Assembly: GCA_002269645.1 (NCBI GenBank)
Contig: NIVC01005112.1
Location: forward strand, 1 to 25,956
Reading direction: 5' to 3'
Source: Macrostomum lignano
Taxonomy: Eukaryota
DNA: 25,956 nt
Of this stretch, positions 11,467 through 20,527 are shown in pieces. The notes under the pieces were generated by a model. That model had not been told where the DNA came from. It saw only the letters and a list, made by a program, of their open reading frames with translations, and did no database searches. The position numbers and the translations under genes are program-made. The number at the start of each line of letters is the position of its first letter. The first letter of the stretch is position 1.

Positions 11467-11567
11467 GCATTCCATTCAGACCAAAACACGAGACCAATTT
11501 TTATCTTTTTATTTTTCGAAATTTTCTTCTCGCGTTTTGGTCTCGCGTTTTGGTCTGAATGGAATGC
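11467..11567. repeat. 31-bp near-perfect inverted repeat with a 39-nt AT-rich spacer
   Basis: GCATTCCATTCAGACCAAAACACGAGACCAA (11467-11497) versus TTGGTCTCGCGTTTTGGTCTGAATGGAATGC (11537-11567), one mismatch. Confidence 0.9.
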
Positions 11568-11575
11568 ATGACTCA

Positions 11576-12055
11576 GTGTAGCAAGAGTATAAGATAAAAA
11601 ATATAAAACCCCGAATTCCTGTGTTAGTCATCGAGTGAAGTTTGCCTACTTGCTTTGCTATCTTGGTCGGACAATAGCCGACCATATTGTTGCGGTGCGA
11701 GCTTGCTTCTGTGTAGCAAGAGTAGATGAAAAATATAAAACCCCGAATTCCTGTGTTAGTCATCGAGTGAAGTTTGCCTACTTGCTTTACTATCTTGGTC
11801 GGACAATAGCCGACCATATTGTTGCGGTGCGAGCTTGCTTCTGTGTAGCAAGAGTATAAGATAAAAAATATACAACCCCGAATTCCTGCGTTACTCATTG
11901 AGTAAAGTTTGCCTACTTGCTTTGCTACGGTGGTTGGACAATAGCCGACCATATTATTGCTCTGCGAGATTGCTTCTGTGTGTAGCAAAAGTAGATGAAA
12001 AATATACAACCCCGAATTCCTGCGTTAGTCACTGAGTGAAGTTTGCCTACTTGCC
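11576..12055. repeat. ~135-bp tandem repeat array, ~3.6 copies
   Basis: GTGTAGCAA recurs at 11576, 11711, 11843 and 11980; each unit contains CCCCGAATTCCTG. Confidence 0.92.
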
Positions 12056-12150
12056 AGCTTCCTAAGATAGTAATTTTTTGTTTATTGACCCCGTTGGGAG
12101 TTTTTGTACTTATGTTGTGTTTTTAATGGTGACTATGGTATTATGTCTAA

Positions 12151-13524
12151 TTATGTGACAATTATGTCTAAAATCGGATAAAGTTGAAAGCCTGAAACAA
12201 TAAGAACAGTTGATCCTTCAGTGGCTGAATTAATATGCACTCTATAACCGGAGAATTTTTCGGTGGAAGCTACTTCAAAATATTTCATCACTCCAGGAAC
12301 TAAACCAGCATTTTCGGTAGAAAAAATATTCCTAAAGTCTCTCTTGTTATTGCTCCTTTCAGAATAAAACTTTTTGGTTGATTTTTTATAATTTCACTAC
12401 CTACTGCTTTGGTTCCTTTCAATCCGAATTTCCAAATTTGAATAGATTCAGGAAGTTGTACTTCAATGTAAGAATTGGGTTCATTCCTCGATGCCCATTC
12501 TGAATTAGATACTATATAACCCCAATTATCTGACGTTTCAAATGCTCCTGATGACGCTACATTGAAACCCCTTTCTCTATAGTTTTGACGTGTTGCTAGT
12601 GAGGGAATATATCCTGTATAAGATTTGAAACCTAGTCCCCGCCTTAGTCGCAGCTCCACTGATTCAAGTGCATTGTCTACGTATAGCTTTGGTACAGCTT
12701 GAAGTCTATCTATAGGCCACACTAAATCATTAACCACTGTTTGTCTCTCAAGTAATTCAACTTTTGTAAGCTTTACGGAACCAGAAAAATTAAGAGAATA
12801 ATGGAAATAATATGAGGGTTGGGTATTTTTTTCCTAAGATGTGCATTGCCCCTTCGTAGTTCAATGGGTGCACTTTGTTCAACAGGTGTCCAGTTTGTTC
12901 CATTTAGGCTCACACTAACAGACCAACCAGGCCACACCTCTCCTTCCAACTTTATCTCTACAACTTTCCTAGCTCTTTTCAAAATTGAAATCGTATCCAC
13001 TTGTCTGAGTCATCTGCACTGCTCCATTCTGAAGCTGGGTTTGAATCTGCAACATGATATGCTGCTGAAGAGTTATGAGAAGCGGTCACTTTCATGTCAG
13101 GATGGAAGCGTTTGAAGTCAGTAATGAAAGAATATTGACTAATTTCGAACTCTCTGTACCCCCGCAGTACCTTGCCTTTCTGCTAACAAAGTGTCAATCT
13201 CAGTTTTAGAATACATCTTAGTGTCAATTTCGGTTTTAGAATACATCTTAGTGTCAGTTTCGGTTTTTGTGTAGACATTGTTTACGCGCCCATGAGCATC
13301 GTCAATTAATTGTAGCATGGTGATATTCATTGCGTCACTATCTTCCTTTGAATAAGAGTCTGAAACATTTCTCTTTGCTAACAATAAATTATCTATTTCC
13401 TCTCTCTTATATCCTTCATTTTCATTGATGTATCGATCATCAGCTAACGCTATTGTTATTCCAGGTGCTATATCATTTGAATTTGACGAGTAACCAAATT
13501 GATTGCAGTATTCTTGTAACTCAT
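12151..13524 (-). pseudogene. Putative spike/fiber: N-terminal anchor, YSKTEIDTKM repeats and two F5/8 type C (discoidin/CBM32-like) domains; at least 4 frameshifts
   Basis: Stitched frames give NQFG...DDRYINENE; 30-bp repeats at ~13191-13272; VTASHNSSAAYHVAD...EWSS...WIRFQF...SVSLNGTNWT; EWASRNEPNSYIEVQLP...KFSGYRVHIN...VSGFQLY. Confidence 0.65.
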
Positions 13525-13952
13525 TTTAATTGCTGCAAAATTTCATTATAGCTATCTCCTTTATCGATTCGATGTAAAAAGTACAGCGACATTTGACCAC
13601 AAAATTTCTTATCTAAAGTTTGAATTTGTTCTTCCATGTCTCCACATATTCTATTCTTTGTGTGATTAAACTTTTCCATAATTTCCAGTGTGGGCGGTAG
13701 TGCATAGGAATCAAAAAAATAAACCTTATCATGAGCTGAAAAGATAGCTGAATGATGTATACCCCGTTCTTTCGAAGTGTGAATATTTGTCATAAAGTAA
13801 CCATACTGTGGTAAATCAACAATTTCATCTCTCATGGCATAGCGAAATGGTTTTAACTTGAGATATTTTGCCCAATTTATCAGATCAATATTAGTCGTAG
13901 TGTCAGTCCCAAACTTTTGTTTAAATGCATTCCATGTCTCAGCTTCGCTCAT
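13521..13952 (-). CDS. Adenain-like cysteine maturation protease
   Basis: GIHHSA (catalytic His), YFFDSY (Asp), QIQ...FCGQ (oxyanion Gln and catalytic Cys); TAAAAATG start at 13952. Confidence 0.88.
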   Translation of the reverse strand: MSEAETWNAFKQKFGTDTTTNIDLINWAKYLKLKPFRYAMRDEIVDLPQYGYFMTNIHTSKERGIHHSAIFSAHDKVYFFDSYALPPTLEIMEKFNHTKNRICGDMEEQIQTLDKKFCGQMSLYFLHRIDKGDSYNEILQQLK

Positions 13953-13961
13953 TTTTAACAC

Positions 13962-14753
13962 TCATATTTGTCGTACGTGTAGATTTATAAATATTTCCTC
14001 GCCATCAAAGTCGTATAGAACACCAGACTCATCTTCGATGACAAAGTCGAATGTGCTCAACATGTTTGTAGTTAGTGGTAGGTACACAGGATTTGCAGGC
14101 TCTTGAATAATTTTACTTCCCATTGGGACAGAGAACGATGGAATTGAAAGAAGTATTTGCTTATCAATTAAATGATTTCCATTGGCTGGATCAGTGATAA
14201 AACCCCCTTTGATATTGAGACAACGAACCATGATCGCACTTCTAGCTCCGTCTATCCGAGCTGGATTTGGAGCTCTCTCAAATGGTTTCAAATACACTTC
14301 CGAATTGAATCCCAACAGTCTTCTAAAGTTATTGGAATGTGCATCCCTGAAATCAACTTGATACTCTGTGGCTAACCGTAACTCAACCCTACGCGTGTCT
14401 AGGCTTGCACTGAAAACAATAGCCCCCTCTTTCCAATCATTTGCAGCTGTTAGCAATCTTTGAATCTCGCTTGACAGACTTTTAACTTCCCAAGATCCTG
14501 CTTGAATCTTTATTTTCTTCCATGTTCTACCACTATCCCTCGAGTATCGCAACTCATTATTGCCTCCTTCAATATTGTTAATAGCATCAAAGACTGCAAA
14601 CTTTTTTATACCAGCTTCGTATTCTCGATCTTCATACAAATTTATCGGAGTGCCTAGAGTTTGTCGAAATGGGTTTTTAATTGAAAAGAAGTCAAATGTG
14701 CGTTGAAACTTTTTACTCAAGAGGATGTTGACTTTTTCTATTTCTTTTTCCAT
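13962..14753 (-). CDS. Minor capsid (penton-like single jelly-roll) protein
   Basis: Polinton penton pattern NNIEGGNNELRY...IKIQAGSWE...LLGF...VRCLNIKG...EPANPVYLPL...IEDESG...DFDGE...LHVRQ. Confidence 0.85.
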   Translation of the reverse strand: MEKEIEKVNILLSKKFQRTFDFFSIKNPFRQTLGTPINLYEDREYEAGIKKFAVFDAINNIEGGNNELRYSRDSGRTWKKIKIQAGSWEVKSLSSEIQRLLTAANDWKEGAIVFSASLDTRRVELRLATEYQVDFRDAHSNNFRRLLGFNSEVYLKPFERAPNPARIDGARSAIMVRCLNIKGGFITDPANGNHLIDKQILLSIPSFSVPMGSKIIQEPANPVYLPLTTNMLSTFDFVIEDESGVLYDFDGEEIFINLHVRQI

Positions 14754-14755
14754 TT

Positions 14756-15487
14756 TTAAGCAAGTAATTCTACTAGCTCTTTATCAACATTGTTATGTCC
14801 CTCTGCTTTTGCGGCTAGTAATGTCAACACTCTTTCACTGAGTCCAGATCCCGGTTTTACTCGATATCCTGGTGGATTATCTTTCAATATCCTTACTGCT
14901 TGCTTATAATTCCCACTTGATTTGGCCGCTGGATTTTTACAGTGTTCAATGAGGTTAACATAATCCTGCAATGTTTGCATCTTGAATTGCTTCAGCTCTT
15001 CACCATTTTCAGTTACTTTAGGCATTTTGAACAACTCTTCAAGATCTTCAGAAAATGGCATTCGGAATTCGTTGACAATGATGTCCCGACCTTGTTCATG
15101 GAATTCAACCTCTATTACAGATGATCCAAATATATATCCAGCATCAGTTTTTTGAATCCGTATACTAGGCGCTGGTCTTTGAGTTATTGGAATCTTTCCA
15201 ATTTCTTCAATTATTTTGTCAAATACTTCCAGAGGTTCAAATCGTCCTTTTGGTGTACTTAATTGCGGAACTGGAACTTTTTGATTCTGAAGTTTATCAA
15301 CAAGGTTGGCATTGAAATCAATAAATTCATCAAGCTTTTCTGTGACAGGTTTTTGAGCTAATGGAGCCACTCTTGCATATAAACTCTCTTCTCCAATTTT
15401 CAAATAGCGTTGAGCATCATTTCTGGATTTGTACGTTTCTCGCTGCTTTGCTAAATTAATGAGTTCTCTTATATATTCATTAGTCAT
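14756..15487 (-). CDS. Conserved Polinton core protein
   Basis: C-terminal GSGLSERVLTLLAAKAEGHNN motif, paralleled by GKGIAEIYKRVAVLLGAAKTG in 23842-25056. Confidence 0.6.
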   Translation of the reverse strand: MTNEYIRELINLAKQRETYKSRNDAQRYLKIGEESLYARVAPLAQKPVTEKLDEFIDFNANLVDKLQNQKVPVPQLSTPKGRFEPLEVFDKIIEEIGKIPITQRPAPSIRIQKTDAGYIFGSSVIEVEFHEQGRDIIVNEFRMPFSEDLEELFKMPKVTENGEELKQFKMQTLQDYVNLIEHCKNPAAKSSGNYKQAVRILKDNPPGYRVKPGSGLSERVLTLLAAKAEGHNNVDKELVELLA

Positions 15488-15489
15488 TT

Positions 15490-16262
15490 TTACAATGGGA
15501 TTTTAGTTAGAACATCCTTATACAAATCTTGCTCATCCTCATCAGCTCTTGTATTTATATAGATATAGCCATACTTCTTTTTCCAAGCCTCTCTACATTT
15601 AGCCTTGAATATAGCGGGTTCATAATTCGTTTCTATATTTCTAGCAATGTGATTTAAGTTTGTATCTTTTTGTTTAAAGATTATGTAACATGTCGTATTC
15701 TCCCTGACAGTATTGCGATCTAGTTTGGTAAAATTTTGAGCTAGATAAAAACCACAACAGTTTCCATGCCTGCCTCTCTGAAACAGACTTTCCTGAAATT
15801 TTGATTAGCCTCTCCCAAAACATCGTCCAATATCACACATGTCTTTAGTCCATTATGAAAAATTTCTTCATTTGGAGTATGGGAAAGAGTGACAGGAATT
15901 TTCTCTATTACTTCTGAATTTTCTGATGTGCTTTGCACTCGACCAGGGTTGGCTGCCTCTCGACAAATATGTCTAATATCTTCAGGAGATGCATCCTCAC
16001 TCACCTGGTAGACATGATAGAGTGAGTTGATAAGAGAAGGTGGGAGACCATTTTCAAAGCCATATTTTAGAAACTGATACTCTGGATCCATTTGAGATGC
16101 TCTGGGAACATATAAAACTAACTCATTAAAGTCAACTAGTTTTTCAGGACTTGTAAGAATATGGAATAGTAAATATGTTTTACCCGTATTTGTAGCGCCG
16201 ATAATACAACATAAAAGAGGATTAGGGAAAATAGGATCATGCTGAAATTTTACTTTGGGCAT
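15490..16262 (-). pseudogene. FtsK/A32-like genome-packaging ATPase, one frameshift (~15780)
   Basis: Walker A GATNTGKT; Walker B VILDD; alternative frame continues RGRHGNCCGFYLAQNF...NTVREN...to TAA at 15490. Confidence 0.9.
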
Positions 16263-16283
16263 TTAAAAAAAGAAAAAATGACC

Positions 16284-17648
16284 TTATTCGACGCGGGTCA
16301 TTTGATATTCACTGGTAACTTTTATTACATTCTTTGTTTGTTCAAGAATTAGTGCAAAAGCAGTCAGCTCAACATTTGTTGACTTCTTGATAAATAATTG
16401 AATATTCACTCCACTCTTGACCAGAAACTCATCTTGAGCTGTTAGATCAAAGCAAAAGATTGGATAGATGGTTAGAAAGTCTTGTTTATTGAATGGAGGA
16501 GTTACACCGAAACGGCTGCAGATGTCTTCGTACATTTCATACGCTCTGTGAATGTCTTGAGCTACTGGATCAATTTCAACATAATCATTCGGATACATCA
16601 CCTGATTTAATCTGACTTGAAGCTGGGTTATTTTCACTGCATTTGCTCCAGTTTTGTAAGACACATACTTGTGATCATTAACTATATATGATGGGTTGTT
16701 TACGTCATATTTGAAAGCTACAAAGATTGCAAGTGGCATATTGGAGATGTTGGCTATGTTCCATGTATATGGACTTCCTTGAATGAGTTGTGGTGGAACC
16801 GTTACCCTCTCTGGAAATGATACTGTAATGTCCTTGTTGAGTGATTTTAGAAAAGCTGCTTCAGCACTGGGTGACAAAGTAATAGCAGGGATCCAAATCT
16901 CAAAGCTATTAATAGTTAACTTAGCTTCCGTCCCGGCAGCTCCAAAGAAAATTTCAGCATCGTTAGTCTTTCTTGTCCATGTGAATTTATATTTAATTCC
17001 TTTGCTAATCTTCTGCCAATCAAGGAACCCAATGAGAGGTGTTAATGATAGTTTGATTGTTCCACCTCTGTTTGGAGCATTAGTGACATTGTTATAATTT
17101 TCAAGCCTCCTAATGTATCCAGTATTCGAATCCTTCTTATTGAGTCTATTTTTCATAGCGATTGCTGCAGTTCTCACAGCTTCAGCATCTGCGTTGTTTG
17201 CTAGAGGTATATCAGAAACAGTCCCAGCATCTCCAGTGTCTGGAATCCATCCGTATGCTTCTCCAACTTCATTCATTAATTTTGAGTACATTACGGACTT
17301 TAAGATTGTGTCATACTCTCCAGGATCATTATAGACTTTCTTTGTTCCTCCAATGTCAACTATGAGTTGAGAGAAAAGTCTCATAGGCCAATTATGTTCT
17401 AGAGTAATGTTCGTATTCAAGTCGGTGTTATCTCGTTGTGTTATTGAGTATTTTATACAACCGAATGCCTCTGACATGAGAATGTATGACTCTGTTGAAT
17501 TGACTTCATGAACTATTTGACCTCCTGCAACATTGAGATTATTAGTGCTACCTGGAGTTGGAGAAATCTTAATATAGTCTTCTTTCTTTTTGAAAAAGCT
17601 AAAAGTTTTGTCCTCATATATGCTCAGTATATCCTTTTTGTTCTCCAT
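16284..17648 (-). CDS. Major capsid protein (double jelly-roll, hexon-like), intact 454 aa
   Basis: Size and position beside the ATPase and penton; motifs RLFSQLIV, PLIGFLD, LQVRLNQVMYP, YPIFCFDLT. Confidence 0.88.
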   Translation of the reverse strand: MENKKDILSIYEDKTFSFFKKKEDYIKISPTPGSTNNLNVAGGQIVHEVNSTESYILMSEAFGCIKYSITQRDNTDLNTNITLEHNWPMRLFSQLIVDIGGTKKVYNDPGEYDTILKSVMYSKLMNEVGEAYGWIPDTGDAGTVSDIPLANNADAEAVRTAAIAMKNRLNKKDSNTGYIRRLENYNNVTNAPNRGGTIKLSLTPLIGFLDWQKISKGIKYKFTWTRKTNDAEIFFGAAGTEAKLTINSFEIWIPAITLSPSAEAAFLKSLNKDITVSFPERVTVPPQLIQGSPYTWNIANISNMPLAIFVAFKYDVNNPSYIVNDHKYVSYKTGANAVKITQLQVRLNQVMYPNDYVEIDPVAQDIHRAYEMYEDICSRFGVTPPFNKQDFLTIYPIFCFDLTAQDEFLVKSGVNIQLFIKKSTNVELTAFALILEQTKNVIKVTSEYQMTRVE

Positions 17649-17668
17649 TTTTATAAGAGAAATTTCAA

Positions 17669-18121
17669 CTAAGCTTCATGAGGTCTAAGAATTATCCCAT
17701 TACCCTGTTTCTCCTTTTCAACTTTAAAAGTCTTTAGCAGCCACTTGACTGCTTCGCTGGGTACTTGTTCGACTCTTTTAGCCGCATCAACTAATACTCC
17801 ACTCCCTTGAGCCTTTTTCAACTCTTCTAGTTTTTGCCGTTCAATGCTTTCTATTGTCTTATTATGTTTAGCATTGTTGGCTGTATTAACACTTTTTGCA
17901 ATCATTGTACCAACTCCTGAGGCTGCTCCGATACCACCCAAAATTGCTGGTAGTAAGCCTAATAGAGGAATTATTCCACCTTCATGTTCTTTCTGTTTCT
18001 CTTGCAATTCTCGAATCTTCTCTTTAGAAAGATATTGCTTTTGCTTATTTACAGTAACATATCTTGGTTTTCCCTCTCGAACATATCGATTGAGTCTTGC
18101 TTCAGTGTTTTTCTCGCTCAT
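17669..18121 (-). CDS. Virion core protein with Gly-rich hydrophobic segment (protein X/VI-like)
   Basis: EGGIIPLLGLLPAILGGIGAASG, resembling the GGFLP-type motif; QGSG and QGNG candidate cleavage sites. Confidence 0.6.
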   Translation of the reverse strand: MSEKNTEARLNRYVREGKPRYVTVNKQKQYLSKEKIRELQEKQKEHEGGIIPLLGLLPAILGGIGAASGVGTMIAKSVNTANNAKHNKTIESIERQKLEELKKAQGSGVLVDAAKRVEQVPSEAVKWLLKTFKVEKEKQGNGIILRPHEA

Positions 18122-18129
18122 TTTTAAGG

Positions 18130-18552
18130 TCAGAATTTCTTCAAACCATTGCCTTGTCTCAAAGACACTTGAGACTGTTCTGCTGTTCCTAGAGCCTTTT
18201 TAACAATATCTTGAATAGCCTTATTTGATTGAGAAGCTATCTGTTGCTCTTCTTCCATTCTTTTCTTTGCTTCTTTATCTCTACGTTTCTTTTTAATATA
18301 TTCCAGTTCCTCACCTGCTTTAGACATGTCACTGTATGATTTCTTCGCATCGAATATGTTCTTCGCTGTGGTAGCTGTTTTACCTATTGCATCAGCTCCA
18401 CTCACAATTTTACTTCCATGATTTGATAAAAAGTTTGTGACACCACTGATCATATCACCAATTCCTTCACCCTCTTTATCAGCTAGTAGTTGTGAATCAG
18501 ACGTTTCAATCTGACCTTTCGCCCGTTTGCAGTTTGTTCGATAGGCGCTCAT
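18130..18552 (-). CDS. Virion core protein with amphipathic helix (protein VI-like)
   Basis: TAAAAATG start at 18552; GEG-IGDMISGVTNFLSNHG; terminal GNGL; similar to 23448-23825. Confidence 0.55.
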   Translation of the reverse strand: MSAYRTNCKRAKGQIETSDSQLLADKEGEGIGDMISGVTNFLSNHGSKIVSGADAIGKTATTAKNIFDAKKSYSDMSKAGEELEYIKKKRRDKEAKKRMEEEQQIASQSNKAIQDIVKKALGTAEQSQVSLRQGNGLKKF

Positions 18553-19412
18553 TTTTAGTTGAAAAATTTGCTGGTAGAAGCTGGGATTTGTAAAATGATC
18601 CAATGATTTCTTCTCCATTCTCATCCTCAATAATGTAGGTTATGGGATTGGAGTAAACTATTTTCTTTATCCTAAACACTTCTGAAATTTTCCAATATCC
18701 TCTTCGACCCTTTTCAAAGTGCTCCTTATATCTATAGATATGAACTTTGTCACCTACTTTGAAGTTTGGTTTCTCATTTGAATACTCGAAAGTTGGCTTT
18801 GGTACTCGCTCAGGATGTTTAGATGCTTCTGAAGGAGTTATCAGAATCTCAGAATGGATTGTGTTGTTGTATTTTTCAACAATAGCTGGCAATGTGTGGA
18901 GCCACTTCTGATTACCCTGTAGATCAAATTCAAACCAGAGTTTATTTGTGAGAGTACGATTGAACCTCTCAATCATTGCATTCTTGGACTCGCCATAAAT
19001 TGAAAACATCTTGTTATATATTCACCCTTTCATCCTTCTTTCTAATGTTGTCTTTTGAAAACGAGTATAGCTTGTACATATGCTGATTATAAAACTCCTT
19101 GCCTTCATCTACACAAAGTCTCTCTGATCGTCTTCCTGATTCCTTAAATACTTTTTGGAAAGCTTCTGCAACTTCCGCTCCCGTCTTTGTTTTCAAAGGA
19201 ACTGCCCAGGCGTAACGTGTAAAACCATCTATGATAGTGAGAGCATATTTGTAACCTCTTTCGGGCTGCATAATGATATCTGCATGCCAAATTGTGTCTT
19301 TTGCATAGTGAATCATTTTTCTAAATACTCTTGGCTTTCGATATTCTTTATGCAATTTTACTGCATCTTCATAGCTAAGACCCTTACCATAAATTGTTAG
19401 ACAGTCATACAA
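18506..19412 (-). pseudogene. int: Retroviral-type DDE integrase, frameshift at ~19010
   Basis: WHADII (D); IIDGFTRYAWAVPLKTK; VDEGKEFYN (D); IERFNRTL (E); YNNTIHS; FKVGDKV; C-terminal GSFY. Confidence 0.95.
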
Positions 19413-19745
19413 TTGTTGGGGTTGTGAGTATGAATGCCTAATCCAAACCGAACTTTAGCCTTGATAATACGCTTTACTAGATTTCGAATGAGTCTCTCTT
19501 TCACAGACAAGTCACTGGTTGGAATAGCATCTAAATCAGCTATCATTTTTTCATCAGCTATATGCTTCTTTGCTAGAGCTTCCTCTGGATTTGAAGAAGT
19601 GTTTTCAGCATCTCTATAGTTTTTGTCATGATAGTAAGCAGTCCAATCGATTGGGTTAATTGGTAGACTGTCATACCGAGGCCGGTCTGTAATTGGATTG
19701 AGTCTCTTGTCTAAATTTGTACCCGGCAGTTGTTCCTCAATCTTT
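19400..19745 (-). pseudogene. Parvovirus-type phospholipase A2 (PLA2X) domain, not in the ORF track
   Basis: My translation: LPGTNLDKRL...PINPIDWTAYYHDKNYRD...KHIADEKMIADL...KAKVRFGLG; catalytic HD at 19625-19630. Confidence 0.8.
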
Positions 19746-19841
19746 CGAAAGAGGCTGGACTTTATCTTAAGGCTTCATCAGGATTGACCAGATCCTTCAG
19801 CCCCACCCCCATTAAGTCTCTGAACCTTCTCCATATCCTTG

Positions 19842-20527
19842 TCAACTTCGTTCGGACTTAGGAGCTTGGCTGCGGATTTCCACCATGTCCTCAAGCTTGT
19901 TACCATCGAACCATAGGTTCGCGGACGAAGTCCGATTGGGAACAGGAATTACCTGTGTTCCTTCAGAAGATTTCTCAACTGAAGTGGTACTTGAGGCTGT
20001 TATTGACGTACTAGAATCGGACGGAGTTCCCGCAATTTGAAGGTGTCGCCAATCACTAAGCACTTGTTTAATGTTGGTTATAATGTTTTTGTATTGATCA
20101 CCATAAAGAAATTTCAATGCAAATTCTCCTGTTATAAGGGTGATTCCATTGTCTAGTAAAATATTCTTAGGTTCCTTTGTAGTTTTATTGATGCATACAT
20201 AATACAACTGATAGGTGGGATAAGAATTTTTATAGTCTAATAGTTTCTGATAATTCCTTTCACGACTTGATGAATGTCCGTGTTATCAGAAGATTTAAGC
20301 TCTAATGCAATCTTTCGCTCAACGTGAACCAGGTCAATCTTTTTTACCTTCTCGAATCCAAAATAATTTTCTGCTAATATTTCATATAGTCTGCCTAGTC
20401 TCATTTGAATAACTTTAATCTTGTGTGAAATTATTAACTCTTCTTGGAAAAGATCATGAAGAATTTGATCATGCCCAACCTTATCATCAATTGGTTTCAG
20501 AAGAATTTCTCGAATTGTTTGCTCCAT
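19842..20527 (-). pseudogene. PD-(D/E)xK restriction-endonuclease-like protein (Eco47II-like), one 1-nt deletion at ~20275
   Basis: MRLGRLYEILA...KIDL...ALELKSSDNTD; adding one A gives NSSSRERNYQKL and joins ORFs 20237-20527 and 19842-20207. Confidence 0.7.

Noticed and set aside
11509-12009. 166-aa minus-strand ORF through the array
   Set aside because: Non-ATG start; translation simply mirrors the DNA repeat
11576-12055. CRISPR interpretation of the 135-bp array (also the 21-bp arrays)
   Set aside because: Units are similar along their whole length, with no unique spacers and no cas genes; eukaryotic context
16783-18203. Plus-strand ORFs antisense to the MCP and core genes (and similar antisense ORFs elsewhere)
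   Set aside because: Shadow ORFs of real minus-strand genes
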